Shown here one piece after another: positions 56,272-64,000 of a stretch of 64,000 nucleotides of DNA. Location: assembly GCA_038912545.1 (NCBI GenBank), contig JBCLFD010000001.1, positions 18,956 through 82,955 of the forward strand, read 5' to 3'. Source of the DNA: Minisyncoccia bacterium (GTDB lineage: Bacteria > Patescibacteriota > Minisyncoccia > Phycocordibacterales > Phycocordibacteraceae). A program made the translations under genes and the position numbers. Each line of letters begins with the position of its first letter. The stretch's first letter is position 1. The notes under the pieces are model-generated. The model saw only the letters and a list, made by a program, of their open reading frames with translations, was not told the origin of the DNA and made no database searches.

Positions 56272-56913
56272 ATGAAAACACTTTTTTACGGCACTCTGCT
56301 TATTATTCTCATCGGATTCGGCGGGTTCATGTACCGCAACGCCGTGGAGCGCTCTTCACAACCGATTGCCTGTCCGATGGATGCAAAAAAGTGTCCAGAC
56401 GGCACTGAGGTCGCACGCATCGGTCTTTCCTGTACGTTCTCTGCATGCCAGCCGCCGAATGTAACACTGCCGGACGTTGGCATTTCTTATGCCATACCCG
56501 AAGGATTCGTGCTGACGACACTGTCGGACGGCGCGAGCGTTGTTGAGTACGAAATGCCCGGCCAGACTCCAGAGGAACCGTCCGGCATCGTGGTCCGCCG
56601 ATACGCGATTCCCGCATCGTCAACGGCACTCGCGACTATCCAACAAACCGCAATCGGGGGCGCCTCCGGCGAGCCAGTACCAGCCACGTTATTCTCGTCA
56701 TCAATCATAGATGGACGCCGCTTCACCGTTGTTTCTATAGAGCGGTTTGAAGGAGTGATTACCACATCCTATTATCTTGCGCGCGGAACCGACGTACTCC
56801 GCTTTGACGCGATTGATCGCGGTACCGATTGGACCAATCCGCAATTGGATATTTCAACGCTCCCCGCGCACAAGGCACTGGTGAAGCTACTTGGTGGACT
56901 GCAAGGCATATAG
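56272..56913 (+). CDS. membrane-anchored protein of unknown function
   Basis: MKTLFYGTLLIILIGFGGFMY TM anchor, Cys-containing extracytoplasmic domain. Confidence 0.4.
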   Translation: MKTLFYGTLLIILIGFGGFMYRNAVERSSQPIACPMDAKKCPDGTEVARIGLSCTFSACQPPNVTLPDVGISYAIPEGFVLTTLSDGASVVEYEMPGQTPEEPSGIVVRRYAIPASSTALATIQQTAIGGASGEPVPATLFSSSIIDGRRFTVVSIERFEGVITTSYYLARGTDVLRFDAIDRGTDWTNPQLDISTLPAHKALVKLLGGLQGI

Positions 56914-56933
56914 GGAAGTGGTATGATGACCTT

Positions 56934-57716
56934 ATGCATGACTTCTTCGGTAATAACGGCGCCCGCATCGCCATCGTCGGCACGCTCGCTATCCTCTCGC
57001 TCTTTCTTCTTGCGCAGACGGTGAATATCGCGCAGACCTTCGGTCGTCCTGGTGTGCCTGCCACCGATACGATTACGGTGACCGGACAGGGCGAGGCAAC
57101 CTTGGCGCCAGACGTCGCGCGCGTCTCCTTCTCGGTAGAGAACACTGCCGAAACCGTCTCTGACGCACAGACGGCGACGACTAAGCAGGCGAATTCCGCG
57201 ATTGACCTCGTGAAAAAGCAGGGCGTCGCGGATAAGGACGTGAAGACGCTCTCGTATAACATCTCGCCACAGTATTCATATTCAGATTGTCCTTCGGGCG
57301 CATATTGCCCAACACGCTCGCCGAAAGTGACGGGCTACACGGTGTCCGAGACAGTGCAGGTGACGGTGCGCGACTTGACGAAAGTCGGCGACCTCTTGGT
57401 AGGACTCGGGAAGCTGGAAGTGCAGAACCTGAACGGCCCCGCATTCGCGCTTGATGATTCAAGCGTCGGTTACGACGCCGCGCGCGCCGACGCAATCGCG
57501 AAGGCGAAAGCGCAGGCAGGACTCCTCGCGAAACAACTCGGCGTGCGTCTCGGCAAGATTGTGAACTTCAGCGAATCCTCGGGCGGATATTCGTATCCGA
57601 TGATGTACGGCCTTGGCGCCAGTATGTCCGAAAAATCATCTGGACCAACACCAGACATCCAACCGGGCGAGAACACCTACAACGCTTCGGTCTCCATCAC
57701 CTACTCAATTCGTTAA
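56934..57716 (+). CDS. SIMPL-domain (DUF541) periplasmic protein
   Basis: TVTGQGEATLAPDVARVSFSVE...ADAIAKAKAQAGLLAKQLGVRLGKIVNFSES matches SIMPL. Confidence 0.7.
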   Translation: MHDFFGNNGARIAIVGTLAILSLFLLAQTVNIAQTFGRPGVPATDTITVTGQGEATLAPDVARVSFSVENTAETVSDAQTATTKQANSAIDLVKKQGVADKDVKTLSYNISPQYSYSDCPSGAYCPTRSPKVTGYTVSETVQVTVRDLTKVGDLLVGLGKLEVQNLNGPAFALDDSSVGYDAARADAIAKAKAQAGLLAKQLGVRLGKIVNFSESSGGYSYPMMYGLGASMSEKSSGPTPDIQPGENTYNASVSITYSIR

Positions 57717-57749
57717 AGTTAGGACATCCGATGTCCTAACTTTCAGCGC

Positions 57750-57808
57750 TTGACGTGCAGAGCAGGGCATACTATATTAGGGCTATTAGAGCCCGCAGGG
57801 GCTTTTTA
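57750..57808 (+). promoter_or_regulatory. candidate sigma70 promoter (TTGACG-17-TATATT) immediately followed by GGGCT/AGCCC/GGGCT alternative hairpins + U-run, upstream of secE
   Basis: -35/-10 spacing exact. The three 5-nt elements allow mutually exclusive stems, the 3' one followed by TTTTTATTT. Confidence 0.35.
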
Positions 57809-57827
57809 TTTACCAACATACTTCAAT

Positions 57828-58013
57828 ATGACCTCACCTTTCACCTACTTGAAGCACGTTCGCGAAGAGTTCACCCACATCGTGTGGCCTTCTAATCGCA
57901 CGGCCACAGGGCACACACTCGTCGTCATCTTCATTGCGATTGTTATCGCGATTATAGTCGGTCTCTTGGACTATGTGTTCAGCTCTCTGGTGAGCCGTAT
58001 CGCGGGCGGATAA
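57828..58013 (+). CDS. secE: preprotein translocase subunit SecE
   Basis: 61 aa; VREEFTHIVWPS + single TM; immediately 5' of nusG. Confidence 0.8.
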   Translation: MTSPFTYLKHVREEFTHIVWPSNRTATGHTLVVIFIAIVIAIIVGLLDYVFSSLVSRIAGG

Positions 58014-58017
58014 TAGT

Positions 58018-58629
58018 ATGGACGAAAACCAAGATGAAATGGGCATGGCAGATATCGCGCCGTCTGTCATTAAAGAAGTGCGTGACGAAACAGCGCCGAA
58101 AGAAGAAGATGCTCGCTGGTACACCATTCACACGTACGCCGGCTATGAGAATGCGGTGGAGCGCAATTTGAAACAGCGTATTGAATCGCTTGGTATGGAG
58201 AATAAGATTTTTGATGTCATCGTCCCGACCGAGAAGAAAATCCGCGTGAAGGGCGGGAAGCGCTTTGTTGAGGAGGAGAAGATTTATCCGGGCTACATCC
58301 TCGTGCGGATGATAGTGGATGACGATTCGTGGTTCGTGGTGCGCAATACGCCAAGAGTTACCGGATTCGTCGGGAGCGGTAACACGCCGGTGCCGATGGA
58401 GGAGGGCGAGGTCGCGACACTCACGAAACGCATGCATGCAGAGGCACCGAAGCACCGCATTGATCTTGTGAAGGACGATCCTGTCGTCATTGCCGACGGC
58501 CCGTTTAAAGATCTTGAGGGTAAAGTTGGAGAGATAGATGAGGACCGCGGGAAGGTGAAGGTTATGGTCTCTATGTTCGGTCGCGAAACTCCCGTTGAAT
58601 TAGACTTTTTGCAAATTAGGAAACTCTAG
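58018..58629 (+). CDS. nusG: transcription termination/antitermination factor NusG
   Basis: WYTIHTYAGYENAV NGN domain, C-terminal KOW (GPFKDLEGKVGEIDEDRGKVKVMVSMFGRETPVEL). Confidence 0.9.
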   Translation: MDENQDEMGMADIAPSVIKEVRDETAPKEEDARWYTIHTYAGYENAVERNLKQRIESLGMENKIFDVIVPTEKKIRVKGGKRFVEEEKIYPGYILVRMIVDDDSWFVVRNTPRVTGFVGSGNTPVPMEEGEVATLTKRMHAEAPKHRIDLVKDDPVVIADGPFKDLEGKVGEIDEDRGKVKVMVSMFGRETPVELDFLQIRKL

Positions 58630-58647
58630 CGTAAAGTCACATTCATC

Positions 58648-59064
58648 ATGGCAACTGTAGTAAAAAAGATTAAACTCCAAATCCCCGGTGGGAAGGCGAC
58701 GCCTGCGCCTCCTGTCGGTACCGTTCTCGGACCCGCCGGCGTGAACATCGGTCAGTTCGTGAGCCAGTTCAATGAACAAACCAAAGATAAGCAGGGAATG
58801 ATTATCCCCGTAGACCTCTCGGTCTATGACGACCGCTCGTTCACTTTCGTTCTCAAGAATCCGCCGGCGTCGCGTCTCATATTGAAGGCAGTCGGTATTG
58901 AAAAGGGTTCGGGCAAGGCACCGTCAAAGGTGGGCGAGATTACCAAGGCGCAGATATCGGCGATTGTGGACGAGAAGATTCCGGACATGAATGCCTCGTC
59001 AAAAGAAGCAGCCGCGCGCACCATCGCGGGCACCGCGCGAAGCATGGGCGTGGAAGTGAAATAA
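58648..59064 (+). CDS. rplK: 50S ribosomal protein L11
   Basis: [28 protein letters not shown] matches L11. Confidence 0.9.
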   Translation: MATVVKKIKLQIPGGKATPAPPVGTVLGPAGVNIGQFVSQFNEQTKDKQGMIIPVDLSVYDDRSFTFVLKNPPASRLILKAVGIEKGSGKAPSKVGEITKAQISAIVDEKIPDMNASSKEAAARTIAGTARSMGVEVK

Positions 59065-59095
59065 ATAAATAATTAAGTTTAATATAAAAGGGAAT

Positions 59096-59125
59096 CGCGA
59101 CGACCGGTGGTCGTCGCGATTTTCA
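59096..59125. terminator. bidirectional terminator hairpin (ATCGCGACGACC-ggtg-GTCGTCGCGAT) between rplK(+) and folA(-)
   Basis: 12-bp perfect stem flanked by A/T-rich runs on both sides. Confidence 0.45.
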
Positions 59126-59623
59126 TTTCCGCTCCAGCGTTACAAAGCGATGTGACGGGTCGCCCACGCCAATCTCGTCAGAGATTATTTTGAAATCGTT
59201 TTCATACGGCGGAAAAAATACATCACCATCAGCATTGTCATCAACAAGGGTAAGGTACAGGCGGTCTGCGAAGGGGAGAGCGACGGCGTAGATCTCACCT
59301 CCGCCGATGACAAAGATTTCATCGGATCCTTCCGCATGCGCCGCAACGGTGAATGCGTCTGACAGCGAACGTGCGAGCGTAGTGCCTTGCGTCGTGTAAT
59401 CCTTCTGACTCGAGACAACGATATTTGTCCTCCCCGTGAGCGGGCGGAATCGTTCAGGGATAGATTCCCACGTTTTGCGCCCCATGATGACCGGGTGGCT
59501 CATAGTCAGTGCCTTGAATCTCTGCATGTCGTCCGGCAGATGCCAGAGCAGCTTCCCGCCCTTCCCGAGAGCATAGTTTTCTCGTCCCAGTACGGCGATG
59601 ATTGAAACGATTGAGTTGTTCAT
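59123..59623 (-). CDS. folA: dihydrofolate reductase
   Basis: IIAVLGRENYALGKGGKLLWHLPDDMQRFKALTMSHPVIMGRKTWES. Confidence 0.85.
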   Translation of the reverse strand: MNNSIVSIIAVLGRENYALGKGGKLLWHLPDDMQRFKALTMSHPVIMGRKTWESIPERFRPLTGRTNIVVSSQKDYTTQGTTLARSLSDAFTVAAHAEGSDEIFVIGGGEIYAVALPFADRLYLTLVDDNADGDVFFPPYENDFKIISDEIGVGDPSHRFVTLERK

Positions 59624-59749
59624 AATTTCTCCTAAAGATCACGGCAAATTGCCGCCTGTATGAAACACTACACCATCGGTTTGCTTTTTGCTTATTCGGC
59701 GCGTACAGTTCGTCTGGGTTAGAAGTTCTCTGGCAGTTTAATTTTATCA

Positions 59750-60685
59750 ATGGAGGCAGTGATGTCTAAGAAAATCGTAGTGGTAGTAGGAAAGTGGGTC
59801 AATAACCCAAATGAGGCGCAATATCTCGAAGCCCTTTACGACACTCTCGTGTATGGCGATGTTCGGAAGACACGAAACGGAAATACCCGAGCAATATTTG
59901 CTCGGCACATGCGTTTCAATCTCCCCGATGGATTTCCTGCTCCTTCGACGAAACAACTTGCGTTCAACTCAGTGTTGGCGGAACTCATATGGTTTATTGA
60001 GGGCGGGAAAGATTCTCCCACCCCATCCCGTCTTTCGATTGGTCGGCTCAATCAGCTGATGGGGCTTCCCGAAGACGCGCACAACCCTATGTGGTCTCAC
60101 GATCAACAACGATTTGTCGCGAGCGGTAAGGCACAGTTCCCGGGCGACTGCGGCGTAATTTACGGTTCGCAATGGCGCAACTTCAACGGTAAGGGTGTTG
60201 ACCAGCTCACAACGGTGATTGAAGCGCTCAAAAAAGATCCGTTCAGCCGGTATCATGTCATCACCGCGTGGAATCCGCTCGAGATGGGGAACATGTGCCT
60301 GCCTCCGTGCCATATGAAGATGCAGTTCTTCGTGCGACACTCACGTCGCAAAGACGGGAAGAAGTATCTCTGCGTAGCGATGGATCAGCGGTCATGTGAC
60401 ATGTTCCTTGGCGTGCCATTCAACATCGCTTCGTATGCGATATTGGTGCATATCATCGCGCAATGTGTGGGGATGCTTCCGGGCGAGCTCATCATAACCC
60501 TGAACGATTGCCACATTTACAGTTCGCACCTGAAGCAGGTGCGGAAGCAGTTGGAGCGCGACACGTATGTAGCTCCGAAGCTGTGGGTCAATCCCGAGAT
60601 CAAGTGTATTGATGATTTCGGAATGAACGACGTCAAATTGATTGACTACAAACACCAAGGACGTATTCAGGCGAAATTGCAGTGA
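59750..60685 (+). CDS. thyA: thymidylate synthase (ThyA type, with N-terminal extension)
   Basis: RTGTGT-like NGNTRAIF, LPPCHMKMQFFV active-site Cys, DMFLGVPFNIASYA. Confidence 0.9.
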   Translation: MEAVMSKKIVVVVGKWVNNPNEAQYLEALYDTLVYGDVRKTRNGNTRAIFARHMRFNLPDGFPAPSTKQLAFNSVLAELIWFIEGGKDSPTPSRLSIGRLNQLMGLPEDAHNPMWSHDQQRFVASGKAQFPGDCGVIYGSQWRNFNGKGVDQLTTVIEALKKDPFSRYHVITAWNPLEMGNMCLPPCHMKMQFFVRHSRRKDGKKYLCVAMDQRSCDMFLGVPFNIASYAILVHIIAQCVGMLPGELIITLNDCHIYSSHLKQVRKQLERDTYVAPKLWVNPEIKCIDDFGMNDVKLIDYKHQGRIQAKLQ

Positions 60686-60813
60686 GACATCGGAAGAAGG
60701 TTCATTTGCGACGGTTTCGGCCGTCGCTTTATTTTTGTTAACGCAATTTGCTTTTTATATTGTACGCGCGTAGCATTCTTACTGGAACAACAACCAAACG
60801 AAAGGGGCACATT

Positions 60814-61419
60814 ATGCCATTTATGATCTTTGAAGGTGGGGAAGGGTCTGGGAAGGATACCCAGATTGATTTACTCAAACAGAAACTCAATCCTAAACAT
60901 ACTGTTTTTACCCGTGAGCCGGGCGGAACGGATGTCGGCGAGAAGTTGCGCAGTATTGTTCTCGGTACGCAGATGGAACCCGAGACCGAATTACTTGTCT
61001 TTCTCGCGGCGCGTGCCGAGCTCGTACGAACGGTCATACGGCCGGCGCTTGAAGCGAGGAAACTGGTGATCTCAAACCGTTTTGGACTTTCCACGATTGC
61101 GTATCAGATTTACGGTCGCAATCGTCCGCACCTTCTGCCTTTTCTCATGGATATATCCAAACAGGTTTTTGGCGACATCGAATCGCCCTACTGCCTCCTG
61201 CTTGATATCCCTCCTGAAATTGGGTTGGAACGCGTCAAAAGACGTGGCGATGGCAAAACGCGCTTTGATGCAGAGAAGCTCGCCCTTCATCGCCGCGTTC
61301 GTCAAGGATATCTTAATCACCACAATGACGACGGCCGCGGAGAGTGTATTAATGCTCTCGCTAGTAAAGAGCATGTCACTCTTGCAATCGCGAGTCAGAT
61401 GAAACGGTGGAACTTGTAA
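60814..61419 (+). CDS. tmk: thymidylate kinase
   Basis: MPFMIFEGGEGSGKDTQ P-loop, TREPGGT. Start trimmed. Confidence 0.85.
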   Translation: MPFMIFEGGEGSGKDTQIDLLKQKLNPKHTVFTREPGGTDVGEKLRSIVLGTQMEPETELLVFLAARAELVRTVIRPALEARKLVISNRFGLSTIAYQIYGRNRPHLLPFLMDISKQVFGDIESPYCLLLDIPPEIGLERVKRRGDGKTRFDAEKLALHRRVRQGYLNHHNDDGRGECINALASKEHVTLAIASQMKRWNL

Positions 61420-61447
61420 TTCTCGCGACGGCTCCGGTCGTCGCTTT

Positions 61448-62122
61448 TTATTTCTTAATATCTCGATCAAGATACAAGCGCGGAAGCATTTGTTCGGGTC
61501 GCCACTCTTTCTTTAATTTCTTCATGTCCTGCGTTGATTGATATTTCCCAGAAACAGCGTAATCGCTATCAAGAATTGGTCCAGTTTCAAAAAAAACGAT
61601 TTGTGCGATACGACGACCGACCACGAGTGGAATGAGATAATTTTTAGAATTATTCGTTATTTCCATTGTCCAACGGTTCATGTAGCCGACATCGCCCCAG
61701 CCGGCGCATTTGCAGACTTCAATAAAATTTCGCCCGAGCGACGAGCGCGCCTTCATCATCGTGGTGATGTGATCTCTTCCGCCGATGAATTCATTCGTAT
61801 GCGCAAGAATCGTTTCGCCTGGTCGAAGTAGAATTACTTTGTCTCTCGGACTGATACCGTCCCATTCAAAATTGTACTTTTCAAACGCTTTTTTTGCTGA
61901 CACTGCTCGTTCCGGTCTCTTAGCACCCCAGACATGCTCTACGTGCGCTTTGCTCCAAATATTGTACAAGCCGTGGTTGTAGTTCGGTGACTGTTCGCGA
62001 AAGTACCACTCGCCGAGTGTTACGTCATAGCTGGACGTCGCGAGATTCTTCTTATTGAAAGGATCAATGACGATAGATCCTTTTTTCATTTCTTCCAGGA
62101 TTCGCCGGTCGGAGAGTGCCAT
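61448..62122 (-). CDS. dcd: dCTP deaminase (dUTPase superfamily)
   Basis: MALSDRRILEEMKKGSIVIDPF; trimeric dUTPase-fold motifs. Confidence 0.75.
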   Translation of the reverse strand: MALSDRRILEEMKKGSIVIDPFNKKNLATSSYDVTLGEWYFREQSPNYNHGLYNIWSKAHVEHVWGAKRPERAVSAKKAFEKYNFEWDGISPRDKVILLRPGETILAHTNEFIGGRDHITTMMKARSSLGRNFIEVCKCAGWGDVGYMNRWTMEITNNSKNYLIPLVVGRRIAQIVFFETGPILDSDYAVSGKYQSTQDMKKLKKEWRPEQMLPRLYLDRDIKK

Positions 62123-62164
62123 AGGTGGTGTGAATGGTAGCACAAGTGATGCTACACTCGTTTT

Positions 62165-63781
62165 GTGGAAGAGAAGATTACAGAGGCGATACAGAGCGCG
62201 CTTGAGGGAGCGGGCGTGATGGGAGCGACCGTTGCCCTGAAGCGGCCGCCAGATCCCGCCTTCGGCGATTATGCGGTCTTTATCGGGATGGAACAGGCGC
62301 CGGTGATTGCCGAAAAAATTAAAGAAACACTAAAAGGAACTGTTTTTAGTGTTGATGTAGTTAAGCCAGGATTTCTTAACATTAAGCTCTCGCAGGGGGC
62401 TGTAGCGTCTGTCGTTGCCGAAGCAGATGTGAAAGGTGATGAATGGGGGAAGAGCATTACAGAAGAAGGCAAGCGCGTGATGATTGAATATTCAAACCCG
62501 AACGCTTTTAAGGAGATGCATATCGGGCACCTCGTCGGCACTATTATTGGGGAATCTCTAGCACGACTTATTGAAAATGAGGGCGCAACGGTTGTGCGCG
62601 ATACCTTCGGCGGGGACGTCGGACCGAACGTCGCAAAAGCGCTCTGGGGATTACAGAGTGCCGGCATTACCGAGCCGACGAGTTCGAAAGAAATCGGCGA
62701 GGCGTATGCCGAAGGCGCTCGAATGTATGAGGAAGACGAAAAAGTAAAAGCTGAGATAGATGCGCTCAATCAGCAGGTGTATGCAGGAATTGACACGGTA
62801 CTTATGAACCTATGGCGTACGGGCCGGGAAATTTCTATGAAAGAGTTTCGCCGGATTTGGAAATTGCTCGGCACGCATTTTGATTATGAATTTTTTGACA
62901 GTGACACTGTTGAAAACGGCATGCGACTCGTCCGCGATGGATTGGAAAAAGGAATATTCAAAAAGAGCGATGGCGCAATTATTTATGACGGCGAGAGTAA
63001 AGGCGTGCACACGATGGTCTTCATCACCTCACACGATACACCGACGTATGAGGCAAAAGACATCGGCCTCGCATTCCTGCGCGAAGAGCGGTGGCCCTCC
63101 GATCAAGTGATTATCATTACAGGGAATGAACAAACAGGGCGTTTCAAGACGATTCTCGCGGCGCTCGCGGAGCTCGCCCCGCATCTGGCAAAGAAAACAT
63201 CGCACGTCGCGACCGGATTTCTAAAACTAACGACAGGCAAGATGTCATCGCGCGAAGGGTATGTCATTACCGCCGCAGAATTTATTACGGACATCATCAC
63301 GAAAGCGATGGAGAAAAATTCTGACCCCTTAATTGCTGAACAGGTCGCTATTGGGGCGATTAAATATATGGTGCTGCGACAGGCGCCCGGACAGGACATC
63401 CTTTTTGACCCGGAGAAATCGTTATCGCTTGAAGGCGATTCGGGTTCGTATCTGCAGTATGCGCTCGTACGTGCGCGCAAAATTCTCACGTATGGAGCGA
63501 CGGGTGAGGGCGGCACTGAGACACCACCTACGCCTTACACTATCGAACGACTCATTATCCATTTCCCCGCAGTCGTCGCGCGCGCAACGCGTACGCAGAC
63601 ACCGAGCACGCTCGTGACCTATTTGACTGAGCTCGCCGCCGAGTGGAATTCTTTTTATGCGAGAGAACAGATTCTCGGCAGTCCTGAAGAAGCGTACAAA
63701 CAGCGTGTCGCACGCGCCTTCGCGAACACAATGAGCAACGGCCTTCGCCTTCTCGGCATTCCTGCACCTGAGAAAATGTGA
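62165..63781 (+). CDS. argS: arginine--tRNA ligase
   Basis: Class I HIGH (EMHIGHLVG), anticodon-binding DALR-type C-terminus. Confidence 0.9.
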   Translation: MEEKITEAIQSALEGAGVMGATVALKRPPDPAFGDYAVFIGMEQAPVIAEKIKETLKGTVFSVDVVKPGFLNIKLSQGAVASVVAEADVKGDEWGKSITEEGKRVMIEYSNPNAFKEMHIGHLVGTIIGESLARLIENEGATVVRDTFGGDVGPNVAKALWGLQSAGITEPTSSKEIGEAYAEGARMYEEDEKVKAEIDALNQQVYAGIDTVLMNLWRTGREISMKEFRRIWKLLGTHFDYEFFDSDTVENGMRLVRDGLEKGIFKKSDGAIIYDGESKGVHTMVFITSHDTPTYEAKDIGLAFLREERWPSDQVIIITGNEQTGRFKTILAALAELAPHLAKKTSHVATGFLKLTTGKMSSREGYVITAAEFITDIITKAMEKNSDPLIAEQVAIGAIKYMVLRQAPGQDILFDPEKSLSLEGDSGSYLQYALVRARKILTYGATGEGGTETPPTPYTIERLIIHFPAVVARATRTQTPSTLVTYLTELAAEWNSFYAREQILGSPEEAYKQRVARAFANTMSNGLRLLGIPAPEKM

Positions 63782-63804
63782 CGAAAATGTTAGAATAGGA
63801 AGAT

Positions 63805-64000
63805 ATGGCAGAAAAGTCAGAGGCAGCAAAAAGGGAAGAGAAGATTCTTGAATTCTGGGAGCGCGAACGCATCTTTGAGAAGTCGCTCGCGAAACATTCT
63901 CCGAAAGGCGAGTTCGTGTTTTATGAGGGTCCGCCGACGGCTAATGGCAAGCCGGGTATCCATCATCTTGCCTCGCGAGCATTCAAGGATGCTATTCCGC
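63805..64000 (+). CDS. class I aminoacyl-tRNA synthetase, probably isoleucine--tRNA ligase (3'-partial)
   Basis: Manual translation gives [27 protein letters not shown]...[26 protein letters not shown] (PxxANG..HxGH); the frame runs off the window. Confidence 0.5.
   Translation, partial: MAEKSEAAKREEKILEFWERERIFEKSLAKHSPKGEFVFYEGPPTANGKPGIHHLASRAFKDAIP

Noticed and set aside
1-64000. CRISPR arrays, rRNA genes, integrase genes
   Set aside because: I found no spaced direct-repeat arrays, no rRNA-like conserved stretches and no tyrosine or serine recombinase signatures on inspection. The islands at tRNA-Ser and between the tRNA-Arg genes lack a detectable integrase.

Overview
This 64-kb chromosomal window is about 55% GC and is densely packed with short housekeeping genes. 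It includes the replication-origin neighbourhood (rpmH-rnpA-yidC divergent from dnaA-dnaN, with TTATCCACA-type DnaA boxes). The gene content suggests a reduced-genome, possibly CPR/Patescibacteria-like, bacterium, but that is inference only. I called about 70 CDS, 10 tRNA genes (Lys-TTT, Arg-CCG, Arg-GCG, Ser-TGA, Arg-TCT, Leu-CAG, Val-TAC, Leu-GAG, His-GTG with encoded G-1) and an unlisted rpmH. I found no rRNA and no CRISPR array. The non-housekeeping content is: (1) a compact co-directional type-IV-secretion-like module at 9975-17095: a PrgI/VirB3-like protein, a VirB4 ATPase encoded as two ORFs, a membrane protein with a Gln-rich tail, a secreted protein, a TrbC/VirB2-like pilin-fold protein with a Cys-rich extension, and a membrane protein ending in an amicyanin-like cupredoxin domain; (2) an AT-rich island at 42.8-44.6 kb abutting tRNA-Ser that carries a Type II restriction-modification system (MT-A70 methyltransferase, PD-ExK endonuclease, controller protein) whose M and C genes are each preceded by the same 21-nt palindrome-containing, apparently leaderless promoter/operator element; (3) further AT-rich inserts: a PG-binding subtilisin (34.1-36.0 kb) and an orphan gene flanked by two tRNA-Arg genes (40.9-41.5 kb), which share an identical 24-nt 3' end encoding a QVKEKI.N C-terminus; (4) a RelE/RHH toxin-antitoxin pair with operator repeats; (5) type IV pilus genes (pilB-like, pilMNO), ComEC with a detached degenerate MBL-fold gene, and an alternative-oxidase/DUF305/DoxX cluster; (6) a 5'-partial IS110-family transposase at the window edge.
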